A stretch of 64,000 nucleotides of DNA from Phoronis australis (taxonomy: Eukaryota; Animalia; Phoronida). The position numbers and the translations under genes are program-made. The DNA lies in NCBI GenBank assembly GCA_002633005.1, contig NMRA01000180.1, forward strand, positions 634,789 through 698,788. The letters are read 5' to 3'. Positions within the stretch are counted from its first letter, which is position 1, and every line of letters starts with the position of its first letter. The notes below the pieces were generated by a model. It saw only the letters and a program-made list of their open reading frames with translations, did not search any database and had not been told where the DNA came from. Positions 37,001 to 48,430 of this stretch are shown here, piece after piece.

Positions 37001-40000
37001 GTCTCCTAAACATTTTGTAAAAGTTGTGCTGCAAACTAAACGGTCACCTGGAAACGGCCTCGAGATCTTTGAATAATCGCTTGACGTCTACCCTCGTTTG
37101 TTTCGAACTCAAAGAACCACTAAAAAGACGTGACTTCTATGATTCAAGTTTGAGTTCTTACATGTATTTAGAGTGGCGCCATGGTCTATATTTTTAGGAG
37201 GGACATGTCTATATTCTAAACTACGAAGATTTGGTTGGCCTTGGAAGATTTAGGGCAGGAGAAGACGTCCGTCACTGTGCCAATGCCATGGTTCTCCTCT
37301 ACGTGCGCCCTTCCGGTCATCTGGTGCCCATTGCCATCAAGCTGGACCAGGACAACGGACCGATCTGGACCCCAGAGGACGGTCTTGGATGGACCATGGC
37401 CAAGATTTATGCAAAAAATGCCGATGTTCAGATCCACCAAATGGGAACGCATCTTATGGGAACGCATTTCGTAGCAGAAGCGGTTGCAATAACTTTGCTT
37501 CGCAACATCCCGTGTGTCCACCCCATATACAAGCTTATTATACCGCATACTCGCCACACCATTGCCATCAACACCGTTGGCAGGCTCAAACTTGTTGGAC
37601 CAGGTGGTGTCGGTGACAAGACTCTTTCAATTTCTGGAAGTGAGTATCTGACGAAATGTTGACATTTTAAGTATTGCTATTTAAAATTTCAGTCAGATGA
37701 CAGCTCGTACCGCTATCTCGTCTCTTCTCTTTCTCATGGAACATTTGGCATTTGTTATACGAACGTGTTTGCGATTATTTTTTATTCCCTCTTAACCAAC
37801 CCTAGAACGACATCTGATGACTAGAAAACTCGGTTGTTAAAAAGCGATTTCATACAACCATTCCCATTTATTGTTAAAAGGCCAACGTCAGTTGAGACGT
37901 GGTAAAAAGAGGTTATTTTACAAAGGCAAATGAAAATATCTTCAATATTGAGACTGTAACTCTATTTATGATGGACTTGAACAATTACAAAAAGCGAAAC
38001 ACAAAACAAACTAGTGAATTATTACTGACAATTTATAGAACCACGAAGATGTTGAAAAGAGTAAGCGAAAGCAACCATAATTGTCTTTTCACTTATTCCC
38101 AACTAATGAGACACAAAGTGAGGTGTGCATTCACGAAATACGACGGGATGTTGGACCTTGTTTCAAGATTTGTCCCTGACTTGTTTGTTTCCAATCAGCC
38201 GATTTTGAGTCTTTGCTGTTCGCCCAGGTCAGTAAAGAGCGTGCTTTTTCTTTCTGAACACTGTCAGTGACCCAGTGACGGACACACCTGGTNACAAGCT
38301 TATTATGCCGCATACTCGCCACACCATTGCCATCAACACCGTTGGCAGGCTCAAACTTGTTGGACCAGGTGGCGTTGGAGACAAGACTCTTTCAATTTCT
38401 GGAAGTGAGTATCTGACGAAATGTTGACATTTTAAGTATTGCTATTTAAAATTTCAGTCAGATGACAGCTCGTACCGCTATCTCGTCTCTTCTCTTTCTC
38501 ATGGAACATTTGGCACTTGTTATACGAACGTGTTTGCGATTATTTTTTATTCCCTCTTAACCAACCCTAGAACGACATCTGATGACTAGAAAACTCGGTT
38601 GTTAAAAAGCGATTTCATACAACCATTCCCATTAATTGTTAAAAGGCCAACGTCAGTTGAGACGTGGTAAAAAGAGGTTATTTTACAAAGGCAAATGAAA
38701 ATATCTTCAATATTGAGACTGTAACTCTATTTATGATGGACTTGAACAATTACAAAAAGCGAAACACAAAACAAACTAGTGAATTATTACTGACAATTTA
38801 TAGAACCACGAAGATGTTGAAAAGAGTAAGCGAAAGCAACCATAATTGTCTTTTCACTTATTCCCAACTAATGAGACACAAAGTGAGGTGTGCATTCACG
38901 AAATACGACGGGATGTTGGACCTTGTTTCAAGATTTGTCCCTGACTTGTTTGTTTCCAATCAGCCGATTTTGAGTCTTTGCTGTTCGCCCAGGTCAGTAA
39001 AGAGCGTGCTTTTTCTTTCTGAACACTGTCAGTGACCCAGTGACGGACACACCTGGTGTGGTATTCTTAGTCACGATTTCCTATGGGTGTTTGACTGCAA
39101 ATCCTTTCAGCTATCATTTAAATTAATTAATTAATTAATTAATACGTGTTACCAATATCCATGTCCTCATAAAAATGCATTATAGATTTCAAGATCAACC
39201 TTTGTCTGCAGTTCACATTTCACTTCTGACTTCAAGTTCTCTCTTGCTGGTAGGAAGCTGCAAGAAAGGTGCTTTCCCGTCAAAGTTTGCAACAGTCGAT
39301 GTCAAATTCTTAAAATATGTTAAATCAATAACGCATGGACCTTCCCAAGCACGATGATGCAACGTTTAGACTGGCCGCAGTGCGTGTTTTTTCGCATTAA
39401 GTCACTTACTTCCAATTTTTCAAAGTGATGCCCTCTAAAGAACTGGTAACCTCGTCTAAACACTCTCAGCGGAACATTCCACTCTGCGTGCAACATTCCC
39501 CACCTGCTTAAACGTCAACTTTGGCATATCTTTTGACAAAACTTCCACCATTGTTTAAGCATGGGTAACCTCGTTTTGAAATCCGATAGTCGGAAGTGCG
39601 CTTGCTTGTGATACATGAATATGAATGCCATTTGGTTTACGGAGTGTGCAGCCTATTGTACAACAAGTGAGCACAGGTCACTTACACACTCATGTGCGCA
39701 CCCAGGGGGGCTCGGGGGGTTCATTCGAGCGAAGTGGGCAAAAAGGTCCGCCGCAGAGAAGCAAAAAGTCCGAGAAAACTAGACCTAAATTCATTAAGAT
39801 GGCGCAGACACACAGCTCACAATTCTGAAGGTGGTACCCCGTTTTTTTGTTTCAAGTCCTCCCGCTTTTTTGTCAACAAAAGGTTCACACCGTCAGAAAT
39901 TTGAGCCCCCATATTAAAGGCTGGGTGCGCGCATGACACTGAACTGTAGTTACTGTTGCTAGGTTATGTTGACAGGTAAAAATCTTCATTGTTGCGTTAT

Positions 40001-42829
40001 GCTTATGCTTTTACGCTGACAGGCTTTGTTTTGCAGACGGCTATCACATCGAACTTATTAAAACGCGTTACCGGAAGCGTTTCCATTGGAATAAGCTCAA
40101 CATCCCAAGTGAGCTCGCGAGTCGTGGCGTCGACGACGCCGAACTCCTGCCTAATTACCACTACCGTGACGACGCACTGCTACTGTGGAACGCGATCTTG
40201 GAATATGCTAGGCAGATGGTCACCATCTACTACCTGTCTGACGCTGATGTAGTTGCAGACGATGAACTGCAGAACTTTATGAAGGAGGCAAGAATAACAA
40301 TTCATACTATTTTGAAAGAATTTTACACTTGCTAAGCTCGCGCTCTCATTTACAATCACCAATTTAATGTTGTTTGCGTGTGTAAGAACGACAGTTTGTG
40401 ACTGTGTTGGGAAAAATTAAGTATCAATGTACATAAAAGCAGTAGATATTTTCTAATTCTAAAATACCAAAATATTATCACCCGGAATGCTTCGTCTCAT
40501 ATTTCAGCTTCACGCTCAAGCTTTCCCATTTGCTGAAGGTGACCTTGACAAGCAGTGTCCAGACAGTGTCCGTACATTGAGTGACCTAATCACCTTGGTC
40601 ACCATGGTCATATTCAACTGCTCCTGCCAACACGCTGCGGTCAACTTTGGCCAGTTCCACCACATGTCCTTTCCGACAGCGTATCCACTGGCTCTTCGCC
40701 AGCCACCACCAGATGTAAGTCACAGTCTAAAATTGCTTTGCTCTGTATGTTTGTTATGACGTCATTGTAACATTTTGGGCATACTTGTAGGGAGCGTGTA
40801 ATAACCCCCATAAATTGACCACATTTACGTATCACTGTAAATTGCTAAGGAATTGTAACATTATTACCTGGCTATGGACACTGCCAATCCTTCTCAACTC
40901 CCCTGGAGCATAAGATGGATGCAACCGTTGTAAGGTCACACGGGTCAATCCAAACACATAATAATAAAAATTCAAGTGCTAAATTGCCCCCGAGGTCAAC
41001 TGAATCTGAAAAAATCCAATACCTGCAAATGTTTTTGAAAATGTGATGTGACTCCACGATTCTATTCCTATTTGTGCCAAATCGCGTCATAACTGGCACA
41101 TATGTCATCACTGAACAACCGAATACTGCGGAGTAGTTTCAGACATTTGTGCACTTTTAGGTCTAGGGAACGGAAACAAAAGCACATTAGAAAGTTTTGC
41201 GACGTCATTGGCAGAATTATTCTCCGCTAGTCACACGACTTTCCGATCTAGTTTTTACTCAAAATGCACGAACTGGTTGTACGGCAGAATTCACCTATGT
41301 GAGTTTGCAGCCATTACAAAGCGCTTTACGGCAAGGTTTTTGATGGTGGATTACGGAGCTTAAGATGCCCGACATTCTAGAAGAGTTCTCACCATTCTTG
41401 CATTGGTCCTTAGTGCTGTTGCCTCGGCCAGCGTGTGTCTGCAATCTTTGAAGCGAAACACGTACATGCATCCTTACACACGTGTGCTTCACGAATTTTG
41501 AGTGGCTATAGTTACCAAGATCTAGTTAACACCAGTAAAAATCCTCAGCAGGCGCACATTCGTATCCTATTAGGGCTGGACCGATTGGTTTCCAATTTTA
41601 TGGGAGCCAATCATTGGTGGCTCTTTGTTGACGAGTCATTTAGTGGGCATAAAATATGTAGCAATTTAGGGCTACAAAGCTGTTGGCTAAGATAGAGGAC
41701 TTTAGTTTTGTCTGATACTGATCATGGAAGTCAATAATTTCAGACACATTTGCTTCAAGGCTTCACGATGGCATTCCGTGGCAGGGAGCCTAGGAAACAC
41801 AATTAGACATGCAGATTTAGATTTGCTCATATTTCATGACGTACACTAATTCTTCGTTCTATGGTTGTGCAGGAAACATTGAAACGGTAATGCGTTCTGT
41901 AGAAGCACTGCAACACTAAAAGCCAGATCATTTAAGGCCACGCAAAATTTACGGGAGTGCGACATCTATTGGTTTGCGGGTATGCTGTAAACCTTACTAT
42001 TGTAGCTTTTTGAATTGCCGGGTAAAATTCACTGTTTCCATTCCACAAGCGAAGAATTTTTGCCCTAGGTGCTTCACGAGAGTCTACGGAACGCATCCCT
42101 GGCTTCCCTTTGCCAAGCTTCTGAAAATACATTTTATCTATGAACTGTTTTGCAGCGGAAGTGGAACATAGAAATGATAGACATTATGGCTGCGCTACCC
42201 GACAAGACACTAACTGTAGCTGCAGCGGCCATTACGCATGCTCTGACAAGATATACCGACACAGAGGTAATTTGTTGTACTAGAATTTTAAAATTCCTAC
42301 CTCCTGCATTCAGTCACGTTTTTGCATGGTGTAGTAACGGGGAACTCGAAATTAACCAGAAGTCGCAGATGGAGCAACAGATCATCCGATAACAGTGCCT
42401 GATTTCTACTAAATCATCTGGGTCCTTTATCACATGATCGTCCAAATGATGACGAACCGATTTACGCTCTCAGTCCATTCAACCATTCAGTGAATAGGCA
42501 ATGGTTACCGTAGTTAGTTGTACAAGTGATTTCAAATGACATTGGAGAAGTAATCAACGATTGGGCTGACGTGTAGCCTACATTTCGGTCTTCCCAAGTA
42601 GAACAGGTTTCGTCAGTTAACTGATCAAGGAACGTTTGATTCATTTCAGGTGTTCCTCGGGGAGTTTCCTGAAGAAATATTTGTCGAGGACCAGGCTCTG
42701 GCTGCGCAGGCGAATTTGCGACAAAATCTCTACGAAGTCACGCAAATAATCGAAAGAAGAAATGTGGATAGAGAATTTAAATACCTCTATCTTCTCCCTG
42801 AAAGAATTCCATCCAGTATTGCCGCTTAA
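25080..42829 (+). CDS. LOX-B: arachidonate lipoxygenase-like paralog (PLAT + LOX), 11 coding exons, about 682 aa
   Basis: Exons 25080-25096, 27112-27203, 29322-29482, 34253-34534, 35787-35887, 36571-36775, 37198-37639, 40037-40287 (GC donor), 40508-40714, 42156-42266, 42650-42829; 2049 nt in frame. Intron phases are the same as in LOX-A and exon lengths almost the same. Motifs: HQMGTHLMGTH, INTVGR, PNYHYRDD, HAAVNFGQ, YLLPERIPSSIAA*. Confidence 0.92.
27898..28086 (+). repeat. Tandem duplication of about 94 bp in LOX-B intron 2
   Basis: AGACCAGAAACCATTATG...GCTCCC..CATGATT.AAAAAA occurs twice here and once in B' (about 62775-62870). Confidence 0.85.
30719..30882. mobile_element. CA..TG MITE (CAGGGGCGGATCCAGG family)
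   Basis: CAGGGGCGGATCC / AATCCGGCACTG ends; near-perfect 5-bp TSD CAGAC/CGGAC. Related pieces at about 14340-14632, 50328 and 63861. Confidence 0.65.
31602..31813. mobile_element. MITE with CATGCGCGCACCCA TIRs and 5-bp TSD
   Basis: TIR CATGCGCGCACCCA / TGGGTGCGCCCATG; TSD CTACA on both sides. Confidence 0.85.
32113..33667. mobile_element. Non-autonomous TTAA-specific DNA transposon (Kolobok-like), about 1.55 kb, in LOX-B intron 3
   Basis: TTAA|AGGAAAATGCCACCC ... GGGTGGCATTCTCCT|TTAA: a 15-bp TIR with one mismatch, RR..YY termini and a TTAA TSD. Confidence 0.8.
37529..39057 (+). repeat. 765-bp tandem duplication of the 3' end of LOX-B exon 7 plus the start of intron 7
   Basis: 37529-38292 is repeated at 38294-39057, with an N exactly at the junction (38293) and a few SNPs between copies. 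Confidence 0.9.
39691..39935. mobile_element. Second copy of the CATGCGCGCACCCA MITE
   Basis: CATGTGCGCACCCAG / CTGGGTGCGCGCATG; TSD ACACT on both sides; internal homology to 31602-31813. Confidence 0.85.
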
Positions 42830-43147
42830 AACATTGGGTTTTATTTTGTAGGGCTTATAGAAAAGGATACTTTTTCACTTTTCAGTATCACAGTATGCGC
42901 TTAATGAAATAGCACACTGAAAATCGAATTGTTCTGTAGTACCAGAAACATACTATGCAACGTTCAAGAACATCGTTATATTATTGCATCAATTTTATTG
43001 TGTAGCATAGAGTGAAAAATTCTTTCTGCCGAGGCTTTAATGTGATTTCTTAGAAAAGTATTTAGGTGATTATATATATGGTTAGTGATGTCTATGTGAA
43101 GTTCATGTATGCAATTTCAATTTCTGACTGATGAATATTTAGGTGAA

Positions 43148-43153
43148 AATAAA
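43148..43153 (+). promoter_or_regulatory. Candidate polyadenylation signal of LOX-B
   Basis: AATAAA about 320 nt after the stop codon in an AT-rich 3'UTR-like stretch. Confidence 0.4.
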
Positions 43154-43597
43154 CACGTTTGAGGAAACATTTTAGATATTTTACAAAAGTTGTAGGCTCT
43201 CTACGTACAACTGTTTTGCATGTTTATAATTGTCTAGAAAGAATCTAGGTGCACTCAACACTCAAGAATACTTTGGAGGCGTCAACGTCGAAACTTTTGT
43301 GGCAAAGAGGCATAAGAAATAAGATAATGGCTGCTATATTTCAATACTGGCCATGTCTTATCACAAGGCAGAAATAAAATGAAACAATGATAACATTTAC
43401 AAAAGCATGTAACGAAAAACACAGGGCACACTGAACAATACGGAACTCGATTGCAGGCATGGAGAACGGAGCTTACGATCTGCACGTCCAAGGTAGGCTT
43501 TTCACAATTAAGTAGCAAAGTCTTCAAATGAAGGTCATTCTTTACATACCGAATGGAGTTGTTATCTACTATCTAGTGATTCTCCGGCTGTGCAAGG

Positions 43598-43875
43598 TCA
43601 GTGCATACGAATGTATGTATGCATGTACGTCTGTATGTATGCACTTGTGTACGTAGGCCTACTTATGTGAGTTCGTATGTATGCATGTGCATTTGGTCGT
43701 ATGTATGTATGTGCATGCATGCATGAATACAAACGATCAAATGCACATGCACCCATGCTACCACAAATAAGTAGGCCTACGTACACAAGTGCACAAATGT
43801 ATGCATGCAAACGTTCATGCTTACATACACACATGCACACATACATACATACATACGTACCTACATACGTACACT
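43598..43875. repeat. (TATG)n/(CATA)n-rich long palindrome
   Basis: GCACTTGTGTACGTAGGCCTACTTAT is mirrored by ATAAGTAGGCCTACGTACACAAGTGC, centred near 43716. Confidence 0.8.
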
Positions 43876-46800
43876 ACTAAAGCAAACTTCTAGCATTACA
43901 TCTCAATTAAAGGGAAATTATAGGCGAGAGAAGTTTTATTCTCAGAAGAGCTTCAGCACGGATTCGATGAAACTGCAACATCCTTGGTCACAAAGTCACA
44001 CTCTAACGGCAGAGCTAGAATCTCAATCCATAAATGGCAGATTATTTCAAGCGGAATTTGTAAAATCACCGGCCTTGATTTCAGCAAATGTCTGACAAAC
44101 AGCGACGAGAAACGGCATTTTGCAATCTTAAAAAAGCGCCTTTTTGTTTTGTGTTTTAGTCAAAGTTTACTTCAAGAAGTCTCTATCATCTAGCAACAAT
44201 ATCAAACAAGCGTTTTTCGGTAGTAAAACGGACAACGTCCCTTTAAATGACGGCCCATGACTCAAAATTTAGCTTGAAAAGGCATTTTCACTATTGCACG
44301 CTTAGAACACCTTCAGCTGTCATACAGAGTTTTATAATTTGTTCAACCTCGAAGTTTCTTTGTTGTTTGGGTTTGCTGACGACTCCAGTCTCATCACCTG
44401 GAACACAATTTCACTTTTACTTTTCTATAGTACAAGTATTTACTTTTGTTACTTTGAACGTAATTCCGACACTATTTTGAACTTTATTCTTAAGCGGTAG
44501 CGCCAGTTGTCGATTGGACGAACAGTAAAGCCTGAACCGTCTTTTTTTGATGGGAAAGAGTAAAATTGAGCTGTACAACCCGAATGGTCTTATGCAGGAA
44601 GTTTGAATTTAGGCTACGTATTGTCATAATATTAGTCTGGGTTTGTTCCTCATTCAGGTTAGAGCTGAGTTGAATGCTTGATAAGAGTTGCCACATAGTT
44701 ATTGCTGAAGAACAAGATGGTCAAGTTGTTGGTCACGGTTGCTTCGATATAGTGTCTCTGGTGGGAGCAGTATGGACATCAGAGAAATCACAGAAGTTTT
44801 ATAATAACCATCAAGCAAGGAAGAAATATGCGTTAACAGTGGGGTGGAAAACGCCTGTGAAGAAAGTGAATTTTGACACCAGACTATGGTGGATACATCG
44901 GCTTTAGACACTTCCGGTCACCCTAAAAGTAGCCTTGGTGCAAAGCTGTAATATATTAATAAAGCATAAAAATATTTCTAGGTGATCAGCGCACGTCTGG
45001 TACAACGTGTATCAGACCGCCTACAATTAAAAAAAAGCTGTACACTAAAGGTTAATTAGTCTTTGTACAGCTTGGTGACGGGCTATGTACTGAAATAATG
45101 CAGTACTCACCATAGTTTCAGGAGAACGGTTATATATGTATCTCGTCTCCAACAACGCCTATGTAACTGTCCGCTGGTAGTGGGCCAAAGCTGTAAAACA
45201 TTTTTATTCCGATGTTTAGTGATAACGTATCTGCCACTATTATGATTCCAAAATTTTGAAGGTCTGAGATATTTTACGGTTCAGGTAACCACGAGGACAA
45301 TTTGGTACAGGGAATTTTTTATAGAGTTATGTGTTTGTGGGTAAATCGGTGTGCTCCGACAACGGTTGAATCCATTACATGCTCCCAGGAAGTTAAAAAG
45401 TGACCACGTGCTTCACAGCTAATGATGGTTATCTGGTAAACCAACCCTTAAATTAATAGATTTAGAAGTCCGCACAGTGAAAGTGTAAAATCAAGAGCCA
45501 TACTCATCACACTCGAATTGCACATCAAACATTAACCCGTAGGCGTCGAAAATGCAATCGTGTGAGCACATTTATCTTAAGAAATAATACAGCGAATATA
45601 ACTGCAGGGAAATCAAGCTCTTCGAAAGAACTTATTCACTCGAAGATTCGACTTTTTTGTCACTCCGCCATTTGCACTGTTTAATCTACCGGTGAACTCA
45701 CTGCATGGCGTCACCAAGTCAAAAACTAAGGATAGAAGATGGCAGCTGTTATTAGAGCAAGGTAAAAAGAATCGAAATATGACCGGTAAGACTGCTTGCG
45801 GTTTTCTAAACGTGTCAAGAGAATTTGATTTTGTTAGTACTAACTCACTGAACAATTTAAGTTCCTAACATTCTTTTGGTTTACATCCACTTCACCAAGT
45901 GGTGAAAAGCCCCCCTGGTGGAACTTCAGTTCTGTACAAGAGCTGAGCATTGACTACTTGATTGTTATGAAACTCCAAGCCTGTCACTTCGAATTCCAAG
46001 TCTGACACTAGGTAACGCGTGTGTGTTTTACACGTTTACGCGTGCATATTTTAGACGTTTACGCGTGAGCGTGAACTTTTAAATTGATGCGGTTTCCGAT
46101 TCCTGAGCCAATGAACGGAGGAAGTACATTCACCAGATGACGTCAACGATCGCGTAATTAATAACCCCACTTGACACCTCCATTAACGTGTAAAATTCAG
46201 AATTGTGCAGGAGAATGGGTAACAGACTGCGAATTGACGACATTTTGAGAGAACTGCAAGGGTTTCATGTCCATAACTCCCGGTGATGTCATTGTGTAAC
46301 AAGAACTGTCATTCGGCACTTCATGTCAATTATATGACTTGGGGTCAAGCACCTTTCGGGGTTGGGCTGAATTGCGTTCAGCGGTCGCGTTAACTCGTCT
46401 TGGCAGAGCATTAACCGGTTACAAAATAGATTAACGTGTAAATGAGTCAACGCGAAAGTATTGACCTGTAAAGCCCGCGTTACCTACAGATAGACTTGGC
46501 ATTCCATACTGCCAGTTGTCAACGCGTGTGGGTTTTACACGTTAATGTGTACAGGCTTGACTCATTAACGTGCTTATTTATTCCGTAACGGTTTAATACG
46601 TTGCAAAGATGGGTGTTCACCACGACCGAGGCTGGTACATAGAGGCCAGAAGGGGTTCGTTATTTAGACTTCGGTATACATCCGCACTTAAATACGACAG
46701 CTTGACCCTTTCATTTATGGGTGAATATTATCCAGTAACTTACAGAAGCAGTAGAATCCGTTACTGTTGCTGTCTTGCTGAAGTTAATATAAATAATGCA

Positions 46801-47819
46801 ATGAGAAATGAACCCAGAGAAGAGCCTTGTGGCCGAGGGGGGCTGAAGTGTTAATGATATGGTGAGCGGACGGTTTCCCAGACACTGATTTCAACTCTTT
46901 GAAGCAATCATAATAATAACTAGCTGGAACCCGTGCTTCGCACCGTTACCAGCTAGTGTAAGCGAATCAGCTTTAGTCAGTTTACCCTAGACATGGGAAG
47001 TTGCCCTTGTTATACATGCTTCAGTTAACAAACCAAAACATCACCTATGAAAGCTGTGCTGTTATCAATACTTTTAAGTATTATTTGCTATTGTCGTCCA
47101 TTTTGTTACCTTATCGAATTTCATTTTTTGTTGAAATCCATCGTTATAGTTATTTCACCGTACACAAATGTGATGGTGGCAATACCACGAAGTAGATACA
47201 CGTATTGTGTTTTTATTACCATTCCTCAAATTCACATGTACAGGTCTTTTCATGAATGTACGTTTCACGTGTTTAGCTGCAGTGAACGAAGTCCTCAATC
47301 AAACTTGGTGCTATTCCCATCACAGTAGAGCATAGAGTCGATTGCTGAGCAATTAGAATGTGGCAAAGCCTGGAGAAAGCGCAGGGGCATTGGCATCATA
47401 TAAAAACAGCTTCTGCGGGACACGTGTCACACAGTGTTCGTCTTTCAGCAACTAATAAATGTGCTGGCCCACTGGGTCAGTTACTTGAATATGAGATCGC
47501 ATCCACATACGGCCTATATATGAAAGTTTACGGGCCCCGCCTTAAATCTACTGGCCCAAGGCCACCATGTATTTCGAACGCTGGTCTCACACTGTGTTTT
47601 CTTCCAAAAAAATCTACAGTGTCGACGTTTGCAAAATATCGAATTCGAGACACCCCTCGAGCAATGCGGGCAAGTGTCTGAGACAGATAGTCGAAATATT
47701 GAATACGGAACTGTTGTTAAATATTGCTAAAGCACTACGTGAATCAGGCCCGAACCCCCTCACCCCGCGGGAAAGGTACAGCCCCAGCCTCTCCGTTAAT
47801 TAAAGCGTGAATATGAGTC

Positions 47820-47960
47820 CCTACCCCGTGTACTTGGGTGCGTGGATCGTGTTTCGTGAGGCTGTTCCCGTGTTTGTGAGTTAGTGGACGGTGTTTGCAG
47901 GTCCGTGAGTCGTGTTCATGCGTCCATGCTCCGTGTTTATGAGTCCGTTGACCGTGTAGT
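47820..47960. repeat. Degenerate 21-bp minisatellite
   Basis: CCGTGTTT.TGAGTCCGT-like units recur every 21 nt, which gives a 7-aa HKHG-like periodicity in a minus-strand ORF. Confidence 0.65.
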
Positions 47961-48430
47961 CTAGGTACCTTGAATAAGCTGCCGGTATTTGCCATGAGTA
48001 GTCGAAACACATGTCTGTTGTGTGAGCATATTTTATATCCGGAACTTGAAAACTTCATGCACATTGTAGTTCAAAGGTCAGCACAATAAACTGAGAAAGA
48101 GCAAATTGCGCTACGCTTTCGCCGGATTTATAGCATGAGGAACCCTTTCCAGCTGAAAATTGACCGTCGGACGGCCTTCGTCCGACGGTTGGAGTTTGCT
48201 AATGCGATCACAATAGCCCATTGAATTCAGTCCAGCTGCCTGGCCTGCTTGGTCACGTACGTAATCCTTTAATGACACCTCATTATGCCATAAAACTACG
48301 TGCCTGTCGACTATTGGCAAAAAAATAAAGTTTATTTTAAAAATCTACCTGCCTAACCGAATTCCTCGCGAAAATCTAAGCATTTTAGAACTTTGAATTT
48401 TCTTTCTAGGCCAGAAAATAAAGTTTTTAN

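Noticed and set aside
37899-39035. Two identical 123-aa ORFs
   Set aside because: Intronic by-products of the 765-bp duplication at an N join; no recognisable domain.
44674-44930. Protein-like stretch (HIVIAEEQDGQVVGHG; PDYGGYIGF in another frame)
   Set aside because: Short and frameshifted, with no partner exons; I cannot assign a family without a search.
47744-48064. His-rich 7-aa repeat protein on the minus strand
   Set aside because: Explained by a 21-bp minisatellite; no supporting gene structure.
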